This document shows positions 24,944 to 37,665 of a DNA stretch of 64,000 nucleotides, one piece after another. The position numbers were made by a program, and so were the translations under genes. The DNA lies in contig NC_047024.1 of the NCBI RefSeq assembly GCF_902652985.1, forward strand, positions 29,946,001-30,010,000, given 5' to 3'. The DNA is from Pecten maximus (lineage: Eukaryota). The notes beneath the pieces were generated by a model. The model was not told the origin of the DNA and ran no database searches. It was given only the letters and a program-made list of their open reading frames with translations. Position 1 is the stretch's first letter. The number at the start of each line of letters is the position of its first letter.

Positions 24944-25419
24944 CCTGCTTGCCCCATTGCATGATCGTAAGAGGCGACTAAATTTGGGATCTTATCTTTT
25001 CTCTTCTTTCTGAACAACGTTCTTCTTCCTAATGTCTCCCTTGACAATGCCTCACTTTTGGCCTTTGGTTGAGCGTTCGCCGCTGTGAGGAAGGCTTTGG
25101 GTTCTGTCCCCTAGCCGAGATGCTGCTCCTGCTTAGCGCTCAGCATATTGGGAGTGGGACGACTGGTTCGCCCGTTGTCAGTATAATGTGACCGGGTGGG
25201 GTGTGCTGCTGGGTGTCTTCGGCAGTATGCTTCAGTGAGGTAGCACTATAAATCGACAAAAGTTCCGGCCTATCACAAGGAGACTTAACACGAACATAAC
25301 GCAGCCTCCCAAAACACACATACACACTCAACACACGCATGCATGTCGCACGCACGGGAGGCCGTCCTTAACTGACCTTAGCTGTTAATAGGACGTTAAA
25401 CAAGGTAAACCAAACCAAA
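24944..25419 (+). mobile_element. Meta-domain SINE inserted in the LTR
   Basis: Degenerate tRNA-like head (~25060-25120), Meta-like core TGCTCCTGCTTAGCGCTCAGCAT...GACTGGTT...CAGTATAATGTG, tail GCTGTTAATAGGACGTTAAA plus (AAACC)n; possible CTATA TSD. Confidence 0.75.
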
Positions 25420-27095
25420 CTATATGTTTATATTAAATTATCATAATGACTCGTTGAGTTCAATAGTAGGTATATGGAAAGAGAGATTTGTAACCCTAGT
25501 TAAACTTCCATGATATTGTATAGTTAATTAAATCATTATTAAGTTGTCATCTGTAAATTATCATCAGTTGTTATGCACTATTGGAATTGTTAATTGTTGA
25601 ATGATTATTGATAACTAATAAATAAATAATTGAGTTGAATTTGATATTGGTCTTGAGTTATGCTTAGAGTAGATGCGTAGTATTTATAAATACAACAAGA
25701 ATCGCTGGAGGTGATCTGTGATCACATGGAATTGACATAACCTGTGCCTGAAGTCAGAAGATAGACCCTAGACATCACGCTACACGACGTAGTGACACAG
25801 TTTCGTTACAATAGCTTGTTTCCATATATTCTATACTGTTTCAGTTTTGTAATGTGAAATATTTTGAGGAAAAAAAAATACCCCTAGAACAGCCAGACAA
25901 ATAATAATTTAATGAAAACATTAATTTATCTATCTTAAAGACATTGTCTTAATTTATTCATCAAAACCTAGTTTATACGACATTACGAATTACCCAAATC
26001 TCCCATAGGCCTATATTATACACATATCAATATATAAAACGTCGTATTTTTGTTTAATTTTCTGTTCAAATGGATTGAATTTAAACATATGTCATTGTCA
26101 ATTATAGGATCTAGATTGAGACAAAGGATTAGGCAAGCTATTTCAACTCATGGATGCCCTCTCCCAGCTTACAAATACATTACAAATGTAGGCCTACATG
26201 ATAACATTGAAATAGGCATAAACATCATTTAAAGTAGACATATAGAATATTTAACATAAACACGGGTCTGTTAAATAAGAATACATGCCAAAATTTATGG
26301 CTGTACTTGATGTAGTGCAAATTGATCACTAGTAGTTAAAACCAGAAATATATACGATATTATATATATACATTTGTATTTCTACTAAAACGAATTATTT
26401 AGGAGTGTTTGGCTCTTTGGGTTTTTTTTAATTGTTGGCCCTAAAAAAGGCCATTGGTGTTGGTCCTGAAAAGGGCCGTTTGATTTCTTCAGCAGCTGGC
26501 TAGTAATCTTCTTATTCTGCATGCGTAGTTCTCCATACCTATGTTGTTGTTTGGTGTATTGTTGTGGCGAGGTGGATTGTATCTGTGTGGTAATCTTGTG
26601 GATACTTGATGTCTTTGCCGGAACGTCACGAAGTTCTTGCCATATCTCTGCTGTAGTTTATATAAGTATGTACTTATATTTCATACATAACGTGTAATAT
26701 GCTCCGAAGATATGCTATCAGGGACATACAATGTATATTATATCAATGAGGCCCAATGTGCATAGCTTATAAAAGGCCGATGACTGATACAGTGTACATG
26801 TACAGTTTTGTATATTATATAGAATATATATGTCCCTGATAATATCGTGTCCATTAGCAGCTTAACCTATCTTTTTTATTCCCCTACTCTGTTTATGTAG
26901 GCCTAATCGTTGTTGACTGTGTAGGTCGAAATTCGTCAAAAAAGAATTTGAATTATAAACTACAATTTATAAAATATAGGCCTAGTTGACATATTTCAGG
27001 TTCGCTCATTTGCGGGTATAAAGAGGTCATGCTCATTAGGAGCCTCTCATTATATTAGACCTATATCGCATTACAAAGTGCTGTTTTTCCTAAAT

Positions 27096-27106
27096 GGGGA
27101 ATCCCC
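27096..27106. promoter_or_regulatory. Canonical NF-kB/Rel binding site GGGGAATCCCC in a candidate promoter
   Basis: Matches the kB consensus GGGRNWYYCC; ETS cores (CAGGAAG) at ~27192 and ~27234; GGAATTCCC at ~27886. Confidence 0.5.
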
Positions 27107-27109
27107 ACA

Positions 27110-27272
27110 GATCTCTGTCTAATGGACGCTCTAGATCTACGTGTAGTGCTATGCAGCCGACAAACAATCAGTTGATGCAGTGTTTCTAAAACAGGAAGCT
27201 TGGCCTAGGCCTAAATATCCTGTGCCAAGACAGCAGGAAGTTGGCATTCGTGGAATGTTTTTTCGCGTCGAG
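27110..27272 (+). other. Candidate non-coding first exon (possibly of TRAF6); start approximate
   Basis: CpG-containing stretch ending in donor GAG|GTAAAA at 27272, followed downstream by a long CpG-poor region; further exon-like segments at 27581-27666 and 32625-32667. Confidence 0.4.
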
Positions 27273-28279
27273 GTAAAAACCCCTTTCTGAAGATGACATA
27301 ACTTCATATTGAGCTTTCGATATTATCATGTGAACTAACAGGATATGCTTGCTACATTAGTATTTTGGTTGTATATACCCCCATTTCACTACATAACGTT
27401 ACCCCACTCTACATAGTTTGTCATTGGGAAAATCTTCCCACTGCACTTGTGTTCACCATGTAAATGATAATATATTTATATGCTTAATCAATATTACGGT
27501 AATAACAAACCAATTTCGATATTGACCGATAATGTTTACCATATTACTCTACTTTACTGCTCTGTGATATGTATTTGCAGAAAGGGTGGGGACCTTCGAA
27601 ATGTCGGTTGTCTTTTTAAATTATATTACTGAAGCCCTGTACAGAATCAGCTCACCCCTGACTGAAGTAAGGTTGAATGTTTTTATTTCGACACTTCTAT
27701 CAATTATTGGCCATCTTTCTGCGGCATAATGTCATTGACCCTCCAAAGTGCGATTTGACTCTTGAGATTGAAGGGACATGACAATTTGACTTGGGTCTTT
27801 ATCATTCGGATTTCACACAAATAGTTATTTGACTTTTGAAGTTACTAAAACTCTGGGGTCAGCTGGATATCCCACACAATGGTGAGGAATTCCCTTTAAC
27901 ATAGGCCTACTGTACATATAGTTTGGAGATACAGAGAACCTTTTAAACTTCACTAAACACATAGATTCAAGAAAAAATAGTTACATGTCATATTGGTGCT
28001 GTAGCACTGTTTTTGGGTTTGTTTCTATTGTTCAAGGCTAATGATTTGAACTCCATGCCAGTGTGAGTAAAATGTTTGTCATCTCTCAGTATTACATGTA
28101 AGTTAATATACCGTACAATAAATATACATGTACATGTTATAGAATATTTGGAAAGGCAGATTCATTGTGAAAGGTTATTTGGCAGTGAGAGATTATTCCT
28201 GTACAGACGAGAGATTAGTAGTGTGAGATGAAGGGTGACTGGTAACTTTAAGATGTGTGATATATAGAGGTTACAGTAC

Positions 28280-28730
28280 ACTCGTGATTGTTAGATATGG
28301 AATTTATTTCACACTCGTAAGTTATTTTTTAAAAGTAACAAAAGACACGAGCTTTAGCGAGTGTCTTTTGCAACTTTTAAAAAATAACTTACGAGTGTGA
28401 AATAAATTCCATATCTAACAATCACGAGTTGTGTGACCTGTTTCTACCACAATAATATCGGCTTGAATCAAAGGGAAAGGTGGCCAAGTATAATTTCGCA
28501 TATGCAAATAAAGTATACCGGTGACCTGCGGGACCTGGAGATGTGACGTCATTCGATTATTAATGACGTCAATAACAATTGCAGCTTGGGTCAAAGTTCG
28601 AATCCTTGACCAATCAAAAGACTGGAAGGTCATATACCACTAGTGGTATATAACATATATTTATTCAACTGTCGGCACATTTATACAATGGCTTGAGAGT
28701 GGAATAACACGGCGTATTGTGGTAGAAATA
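28280..28730. mobile_element. Non-autonomous DNA element with a 150-bp near-perfect hairpin
   Basis: 28280-28429 is an inverted repeat centred on CACGAGCTTTAGCGAGTG; a second inverted pair TTTCTACCACAATA (28441) / TATTGTGGTAGAAA (~28715); related copy at 17768-18090. Confidence 0.7.
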
Positions 28731-31700
28731 TATTTATAATGTTAATCTGGTCTCTGTTCAAGACTAATATATATATACTGTATACATACAGGCCCATTTT
28801 TTAAAAACATTATGTTGCTTAATCTTTTGAGTGGTCTTTGTTGAAAACATAGATGATGACTAAGTAATATTAAAGAATCAATACGAAACACAACGCTAAC
28901 TGAAAAATAGATATCTCTCTCACAGGAAAGAGTCACTTTACATGATTCCTCAGCTCGAAACACCAGGTTTGTATTAGTACATGTATTAAGATGAATCTAG
29001 AGAGTTACATAAAATGTCTCAAGTATGTTAATCCTGACAGGGTTAGGATAATGTAAGTTAGAAAGCGAGCAATTGAGTGTGATTTCAGATCACATTTGAA
29101 TATTTACTATACCTGGTAAAGTTCAATTCAAGATCTTTGTACATGTATCATATCAAAAACTTAATGTAAAGTTAACAATAATCAAGGGTATACCTTTCAT
29201 ACTTAATTTTTGGTTGAAAATGAAAAACTTGTTATAGATTATGATTATGAAATTATAGATTATGAAATTAAAAGTCAAAGCTTTTTTTTTTTGTATGTTA
29301 ATTGAAAGAAATGTTGTTGCAAATTTTGATATGTAATATACTTCAAGCTAAGAACACCTGAAAATAAATGAATTTATGATTGATGAAGCAAAATTAGCAA
29401 CATACTATAAAAACATGTATATTAGGTATACAACAAATTCCACTAACTTAACTTTTTGCAAATTGGCACCAGGGCTTGGAGATATGATTTAGGCACAGCT
29501 GGAGAGAAACTTTGTGAATATAGCTCAGATGGAAGAACCCAAAATATTGTGAACTTGAACAACAACCTGTTCATTGTTAAAACTTGAAATTAATTGACTT
29601 TAAAATTCACCAATGATTATGTTAAAGGTGATAATTATATAAGTCTTCAAAAGTTTGATGCGAATCATAAAATCTTGAGTAATGATATAATTGGATAGTG
29701 GGATAAGTGGGATTAATCATACCTAATTTTGTCAAAATCAAATCCTTTCAAAGTTGGTGAGTCTTTTAAAAGTTTCCTGGAAGTTCTTATTTAAAGCCAT
29801 TCATTCTACAGAGTCATTAAACATCTTTGTAACCATGATTCATATTCTTTGTCTGATGCAATTTTGTAATATTTTTGTGTCTTGACAAAAATAAGGCAGA
29901 TTGAAATCATTAATTCACTTTGTCATATCGAACATTAACTATTTTTCATTGATCATATATTTTGTACATGTTATATAGCTTGTAAAATGTTTTTGTAAAG
30001 ATAATTAAATTTGTTGGAATAATATACTTAAAGTTTTTAACTCACTTTCTGATGAAAGGGACTCAAATTTCAAGTTTGTTAAAAAAATTGCCTTGGTCCA
30101 AATCTTAGAAATCTTAAAAATAAATTTTGAAAGATCAATAATGTGTACAGGTAAACTTAATTACCATACTCAACCTATTAAGCATACATGCCCCTGTAAG
30201 CACACCCAAACACTTTTTTCAGAAAAAGAGGACCAGGGTGAGCTTATTGAAACATAAAAAGAAAATCCTTACGTAACTAATCTGCTTATACTCTTTATAA
30301 TCTTTTAATGAAAGACTGATTGTTTTTGCTACATACAGATATTTAAATGAAAACAATTGTTGTTTTGTCTACCTAGATTCACATGGAAACTTTTCTTGTG
30401 CATGTATGGTATTATTAGGCGAACCCCTTTTTAGTTTTTGTAAGTGCACATAACACTAGTCATAGGTTGAATAAATACTCTGCTATGTGTATTTGTATTT
30501 AAAGTAGATGGAAGTTATCAATATTTTTTGTTAGATTATTGCATATTGACCCGCAGTAAAAATCATGGGTATCAATACATTCAATAAAACATGCAAGACG
30601 AGCTGTTTTCATATTAATTAAAATTCATCCAAAACTGACAAGTGTAGGACTAAAAAGAAATCTTGATTCATGTACAATCAGAAATTAACATTTCAAAAAT
30701 ATAATTTGTTTCATACCAGGTATATAGCTATAATCAATATGTCATATGAATATGGTGCACAATATATGCATGTGTGGTCATAATTTAAAAAAAAAGAAGT
30801 CAATTTTAAAAGGATTCTATCTAGCATATATCTGTTTGTCACAGGTATGCTTTATACATGTATGTAGAATAATGTTACCACCTTATGGTGGTTATATTAC
30901 ACAGGTAAGTACTAAACATATAGTAATAGATACTTCACCTGTCCAGGTGATTGATAACTGACCTAGGTGATCTCTGTCCACCTGACATTTTATATACATT
31001 CGTTTTGTCAATTCATACACCTAACATATTAAATCAGTATCAGAGCTGGACCTGGACACATTTATGACATGACTATCTACATCCTAGATATTTTAGATAT
31101 TGTTATTTACATTTTTAAACTGAGAAAACACAAATGCCTTTGTACTTATTGTTTCATAATTCTTCTAAAAGAACATGCACAAGTTGGTATCTAGTATTTT
31201 AAAACACTGTTAAGTAAATTAAAAGTTCTAATTGGGATTTTCCTTCATACAAGTTTTAATTTTTTCATACCAGTATGTGAAGAAGAAAAAAACAATCTAC
31301 TGTGCAAGCAAAAATAGATAGCACAAAGAGTGTATACTGTATAAAGTCAAGGTAATATTTAAATTTTTTTTCTTGGTTGAAATATTCTCGATTTTGATGA
31401 TTAAATGTGTCAAAAATAAAGTTTGTTGTTTGCCATAAAAAGACAGCCTTTTGAATGTCTCAAATTGTTGTCTTGAGTTTTCTTGACTGGGAGCATTTAT
31501 ATATTTGTAATAATGACTACTCGCTAGATTGGTGAATTTGAGAAGAAAAAGAAACTTGAAACAAACTTCTCTGAATGGATTGTGCATGTTGTTCTGGAGA
31601 ATAAATGACAGTTATGTTAAACCCTTTGTCACTTAGAACAAAATTAAATGAGTATGGTAGAATGAATGTTGCATATCCAAACACCACATATATCAGAACT

Positions 31701-31829
31701 TTCATTCAGTTATCCTGTCTTCAGGCTTACATGTACAGCATTATTATGTAGCAGTTATCTCCCCTATAAAGGTTTTGAAATGAATCGTACTAACAACATG
31801 TTGATTTGAATATGATGTCAATAACATTT

Positions 31830-32572
31830 GTTATTGTCATCAGATGGTTAACTGTTCAATGGCCCTTTATATACTTGTGGTCTGGTCTATGTGTTGTCCA
31901 ATCCTTGCTATCACTTTTTCTTGAGAAGTACTTGAAAGATATTTTTCAAACTTCACATGCAGGTACCGTTCCCCATGATATTTAGTTGTAGTTGTACCCA
32001 TTCAGTTTTGAGTCTGATGGAGAAAACAAAATGGCCGACAGGCAACTATCTTTGAATCTTACAGTTGATGTTTGTTATCACTATTTCTTGAAAAGTACTG
32101 GGGGAATATTTCTCAAGCTTCTCATGTGCTTGCAGGTTTGCCTTGGTGCCTAGTTGTGACCATTGAATTATGAGTTTGATATGGAAAATGAAATAGCTGA
32201 CAGGTGGCTTTCTTTGATTTTGACATTTGATGTTAGTTATTGCTATTTGTTGAAAGGGATATTTCTCAAACTTCACATGTAGGGTTCCCCTGGTCCTTAT
32301 AGTTGCCCGTTCAATTTGAGTCGGATCTGAAAATAAAAATGGCCAATAGGCAGCCATCATGGATTTTGACAGTTGAAATTGGTTATTGATATATCCCAGA
32401 AAATTCTTCTTAGATCTTTCTTAGACTTCATACAGTATGTAGGTTCCTCATGTTATCAAATGATTAAAAGGAAGGGGGGAAAGAAGGGAAAAGTAGAGAA
32501 AAGAAAAAAGTTTTTCATAGGACCAATTAAGATCAGTCGGTGGTAGGCACCAAGTCCTTACGGGATCTCTAG
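31830..32572 (+). mobile_element. Old, diverged HINE of the 155-bp-monomer family
   Basis: About 3-4 degenerate monomers (AAAATGGCCGACAGGCA, GGATTTTGACAGTTGAA) and a 3' end GGGAAAAGTAGAGAAAAGA...GGTGGTAGGCACCAAG...GGGATCTCT homologous to 54425-54510. Confidence 0.75.
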
Positions 32573-33685
32573 TACATTGTATGATTATGATATTGAATTG
32601 TTGAATTGTCTTTTTTTTTTCCAGATAACACACATCCAACCTGCAATTTACAAAGAGATTCTATCTGGTAAGCTATACAATATATGTCAAATGTACTGAC
32701 CAAAACACCTACTGACTATAATGTTCATTACAAATGCTGATTTGTGTTTCATTTTAATTTGATTTGATTATGATATTTTCATAACAAATGCTAATTTTAC
32801 ATCTTAGTTGTTAATACATTTACATATAAAAATTATATTTTTTAAAATTCAAATGGATCGTCATAGCAACATCTGTTTATTTTATCATTTGATTGTTGTG
32901 ATGTTGCACAACTGATGCACTTCCTGGTTTGGTTGACTAGTAATGCACCCATGTGTTCTAAAACACCACCATGTTTTATTGGCAGACATTTAATATAAAA
33001 GCCATTTGTAAATGTAAATGCACTGGTATATAAAAATACGAAAGTCATAAAAAATAGGAAGTATCTAAATGCTGGGGACCCGCAGAACAATTTTCTATTC
33101 CTTAAACTTTGAACTTGCTATTTCAAAGAAGATTTTTTCAACATACATTAGATTGATGTCAATTTTATACACGATTATTAAATTGTCTCTGTAAATAATA
33201 GCAAAACAAACAAAAAACTACAGAAAATTTTCACTTGTTGCAAAATTTAATGAGGATTCATACCAGATAAGTTACAGCCATACATTATCAGTGTTCATAT
33301 TTCATATGATCAATAGAATCCTTCCCTAGTACCTCGAGGCGGTGCTAGAGAAATTTCCAACCCTCGGATGATGTTCCTGGTTATCTTAACAATGGACTAG
33401 TTATTATGGATATATAAATACAATGGGTAGCAAGGATAACTCTAATTAAGATTGGTTCACGAGTTTAAAAGGAGTTGTCCAGACAAAGGTAGCTGTTTTG
33501 TACATGAGTTATATTTGGAATTATGTCCTCCACCCTTTGCTTCATTGCTCAAATAAATGTATATGTTACCTGTCAAGTAAACATTTGAAATGTGTATCAC
33601 TGGATGGTGAAGTTCAGTAACAATTTGTTTTAACTGATAAATGTGTTTTTATATTTAACCCTGCTATGTAGTCTGAGGGTGATTT

Positions 33686-34045
33686 ACTGTCTGTCTGTCT
33701 GTAGGCACCCTGTCTGTCTGTCTGTCTTTGTAGAGGCACGCTGTCTGTCTGTCTCTAGGTACCATGTCTGTCTGTGTGGAGGCACCCTGTCTGTCTGTAG
33801 GCACCCTGTCTCTGTGTGGAGGCACCCTGTCTGTCTGTCTGTAGGTACCCTGTCTCTGTGTGGAGGCACCCTGTCTGTCTATCTGTCTGTCTGTCTGTCC
33901 TACAGGCTGTCTGTAGGCACCATGTCTTCCTGTCTGTCTGTGTGGAGGCACCCTGTCTGTCTGTCTGTCTGTGTGTGGGGGGGGGGGGCACCCTGTCTGT
34001 GTGTGTGGAGGCACCCTGTCTGTCTGCCTGTCTGTAGGCACCCCG
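33686..34045. repeat. Compound microsatellite/minisatellite: (GTCT)n interleaved with AGGCACCCT
   Basis: Directly visible; accounts for the five overlapping low-complexity ORFs. Confidence 0.95.
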
Positions 34046-36338
34046 CCGTGGAGCGGCGTCCGCCGTCCATCCGTCCGGCGTCAACTTTTCATTTAAACAA
34101 CTTCTTCTCAATAACCAAGAGGCCTAGTGACTTGATATTGGACCTCTAGCATGCTGGGGTTAAGGGCTACCAAGTTTTTTCAAATAAATGACCTTGACCT
34201 TCATTCAAGGTCACATGGGTCAAAAAGGATATTATCTTCCAACGACTTCTTCTCAATAACCAAGAGGCCCAGGGACTTGATAATGGCCCTGTAGCATGCT
34301 GGGATGAAGGGCAACAAGTTTGTTCAAATAAATGACCTTGACCTTCATTCAAGGTCAAATGGGTCAAAAAGGCTATAATCTTCCAACGACTTCTTCTCAA
34401 TAACCAAGAGGCCTAGGGACTTGATATTGGGCCTGTAGCATGCTGGGATAAAGGGCTACCAATTTTTTTTAAATAAATGACCTTGACCTTCATTCAAGGT
34501 CACATGGGTCAAATAGGCTATAATCTTCAAACAACTTCTCAATATCCAAGAGGCCCAGGGACTTGATATTGGGCCTGTAGCATGCTGGGATGAAGGCCTA
34601 CAAAGTTTGTTCAAATATATGACTTTGACCTACATTCAAGGTCACATGGGTCAAATAGGCTATAATCCTCAAACGACTTCTTCTCAATAACCAAGAGGCC
34701 CAGGGACTTGATATTGGGCCTGTAGCATGCTGGGGTGAAGGGCTACAAAGTTTGTTCAAATAAATGACCTTGGCCTTCATTCAAGGTCACAAGGGTCAAA
34801 TAGGCTATGATCTTCAAACGACTTCTCCTCAATAATCAAGAGGCCCAGGGACTTGCTATTTGGCCTGTAGCATGCTGGGGTAAAGGGCTACAAAGTTTGT
34901 TCAAATAAATGACCTTGACCTTCATTCAAGGTCACATGGGTCAAATAGCGTATAATCTTCAAACGACTTCTTCTCAATAACCAAGAGGCATAGGGACTTA
35001 ATATTCTGTCTGTAACATGCTGGGTGAAGGGCTACCAAGTTTGTTCAAATAAATGACCTTGACCTTCATTCAAGGTCACATGGGTCAAATAGGCTATAAT
35101 CTTCAAACAATTTCTCAATATCCAAGAGGCCCAGGGACTTGATATTGGGCCTGTAGCATGCTGGGGTGAAGGGCTACAAAGTTTGTTCAAATAAATGACC
35201 TTGACCTTCATTCAAGGTCACATGGGTCAAATAGGCTATAATCTTCAAACGACTTCTTCTCAATAACCAAGAGGCCCAGGGACTTGATATTAAGTCTGTA
35301 GCATGCTGGGGTGAAGGGCTACCAAGTTTGTTCCAATAAATGACCTTGACCTTCATTTAACGTCATATGGGTCAAATAGGCTAGACTCTTCAAACGACTT
35401 CTTCTCAATGACCAAGAGGCCCAGGGACTTGATATTGTGCCTGTAGCATGCTAGGTTGAAGGGCTACCAAGTTTGTTCAAATAAATGACCTTGACCTTCA
35501 TTCAAGGTCACATGCGTGGAATAGGCTATAATCTTCAAACAACTACTTCTCAATAACCAAGATGCCCAGGGACTTGATATTGGGCCTGTAGCATGCTGGG
35601 GTGAAGGGCTACAAAGTTTGTTCAAATAAATGACCTTGACCTTCATTCAAGGTCACATGGGTCAAATAGGCTATAATCTTCAAACGACTTCTTCTCAATA
35701 ACCAAGAGGCCCAGGGACTTGATATTGGGCCTGTAGCATGCTGGGGTGAAGGGCTACAAAGTTTGTTCAAATAAGTGACCTTGACCTTCATTCAAGGTCA
35801 CATCGGTCAAATAGCCTATAATCTTCAAACAACTTCTTCTCAATAACCAAGAGGCATAGGGACTTAATATTGTGTCTGTAACACGCTGGGGTAAAGGGCT
35901 ACCAAGTTTGTTCAAATAAGTGACCTTGACCTACATTCAAGGTCACACGGGTCAAATAGCCTATAATCTTCAAACAACTTCTTCTCAATATCCAAGAGGC
36001 CCAGGGACTTTATATTAGGCCTGTAGCATGCTGGGGTGAAGGGCTATGAAGTTTGTTCAAATAAATTACCTTGACCTACATTCATGGTCACAGGGGTGAA
36101 ATTGGCTTAAATGTGTAAACAATAATTTTGTGATAGCCAAGAGTCTCTGAAATATGACATTATGCGAATATTATACTGGAATGAAGGACTAGAGCATTTA
36201 TTAATATGAATAAACCCAGCATACACTGATATTTGAATAAAGAGGTAATCAGCATAGTATGTGTAGACATGACCTCAATCAACTTCAAAGTTGCGGTAGA
36301 GCCAGGTGAGCGATACAGGCCCATTGGGCCTCTTGTTT
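33686..36338 (+). mobile_element. HINE/pearl-like element with ~14 tandem 145-bp monomers
   Basis: Expanded 5' microsatellite; period 145 (CTTCTTCTC at 34101 and 34246); 3' end CCAGGTGAGCGATACAGGCCCATTGGGCCTCTTGTTT. The 5' boundary is uncertain. Confidence 0.85.
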
Positions 36339-36569
36339 TGATAATGTTTGTCTGGACAACTCATTCTAAACTTGTGAGCCAATTTCAATTAGAGTTATGC
36401 ATGTACACATCCATTGAATTGATGCAACCATTCAGTCCCATTTTTACGGATGTGTATACCAATTTGCAAAGCTACGTAATTTCAACTAAAATGAATGAAT
36501 TATTATTTGAAATTATAATTTTCATGCCTGCTGATTGCATTCAATAATAAGAAATATGGATACTTTTCC

Positions 36570-37271
36570 TTTTTAGCTCACCTGCCCGAAGGTCACATGG
36601 GTCAACTATCAAATAGGCTATAATCTTCAAACGACTTCTCAATAACCAAGAGGCCCAGGGACTTGATATTGGGTCTGTAGCATGCTGGGGTGAAGGGCTA
36701 CAAAGTTTGTTCAAATAAATGACCTTGGCCTTCATTCAAGGTCACATGGGTCAAATAGGCTATAATCTTCAAACGACTTCTTCTCGATAACCAAGAGGCC
36801 CAGGGACTTGATATTGGGCCTATAGCATGCTGGGGTGAAGGGCTACAAACTTTGTTCAAATAAATGACCTTGGCCTTCATTCAAGGTCACATGGGTCAAA
36901 TAGGCTATAATCTTCAAACGACTTATTCTCAAACACCAAGAGGCTCAGGTACTTGAGGTTTGGCCTGTCTGTAGCATACTAGGGTGTAGGGCTACCAAGT
37001 TTGTTCAACTGAATGACTTGACCTACGTTCAAGGTCACAGGGGTGAAATATTTTTAAATCTTGCCATAGCCAAGAGTCACCAAGTCCTGATATTAGGCCA
37101 ATAGTATGCTGGAATGAAGGACTAGAATATTTATTGACATGAATAAACCAAGCTTACTGTGATATTTGAATAAATTGGTTATCAGCATAGTATCTGTAGA
37201 AATGACCTCAATCAACTGCAAATTTGCTGTAGAGCCAGGTGAGCGATACAGGCCCATTGGGCCTCTTGTTT
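36570..37271 (+). mobile_element. Second, internally deleted copy of the 145-bp-monomer HINE (~3 monomers)
   Basis: Starts TTTTTAGCTCACCTG (5' sub-TIR) and ends CAGGTGAGCGATACAGGCCCATTGGGCCTCTTGTTT. Confidence 0.85.
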
Positions 37272-37665
37272 AAGTGATCTGGTCGTGAGCGGCAAGGGGC
37301 AGTAGGGGAAATAATGGAAATTCTTCTACTAAAGGAATGACAGCATTTGATCCATTTTTGGTCTGAAACATCCTTAAGGAAGGGTAATCCATTTTGTATA
37401 AATGATTAGGCTGGGGCTCCAGGGGCTCCAGGGGCCTCACGGGCAGGTCCACGCTTTTTCATCAAAATCCTTCTGTTTGAATGGCAGGATTCAGTCCAAA
37501 TTTGGTTGGAACCATCCTTGGGAAAGGGAAATCAATTGGTTTGAAGCATTCTTTTTTGAAAGGGAACAAGTTTTGTATAAAAAAAATTCTGTGATATAAC
37601 TGTTTTGTCTATAGTCACTGAAATATTCACGTGAGCAATATAGGCCCTCTAGACTTCTTGTTTTG
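37272..37665 (+). mobile_element. Degenerate HINE fragment of another family
   Basis: Monomer-like sequence ending in GTGAGCAATATAGGCCCTCTAGACTTCTTGTTTT. Confidence 0.5.

Larger units (their letters stand above)
19538..25810 (+). mobile_element. 5'-truncated, internally deleted Gypsy LTR retrotransposon
   Basis: pol remnant, extra ORF, purine-rich tract ending at 23329 and a TG...CA-bounded 3' LTR. No gag or 5' LTR seen. Confidence 0.8.
23330..25810 (+). repeat. 3' LTR (~2.5 kb including a SINE insertion)
   Basis: Follows AAAGTTGAGGGTAA; begins TGAAGCGAA and ends TTCGTTACA (imperfect terminal inverted repeat with TG...CA ends). Confidence 0.65.

Noticed and set aside
26410-26660. Possible LINE 3' end on the minus strand
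   Set aside because: Suggestive duplicated GGCCC-TTTT-AGGGCCAAC motif and A-rich tail, but no recognisable ORF homology by eye.
30048-30075. CTGATGA hammerhead-like box (also at ~21114 and ~48404)
   Set aside because: No stem II followed by a GAAA box.
33643-36880. Many overlapping or repeated ORFs (TDRQ-rich; MKVKVIYLNKL...)
   Set aside because: Translations of the microsatellite and the 145-bp satellite.
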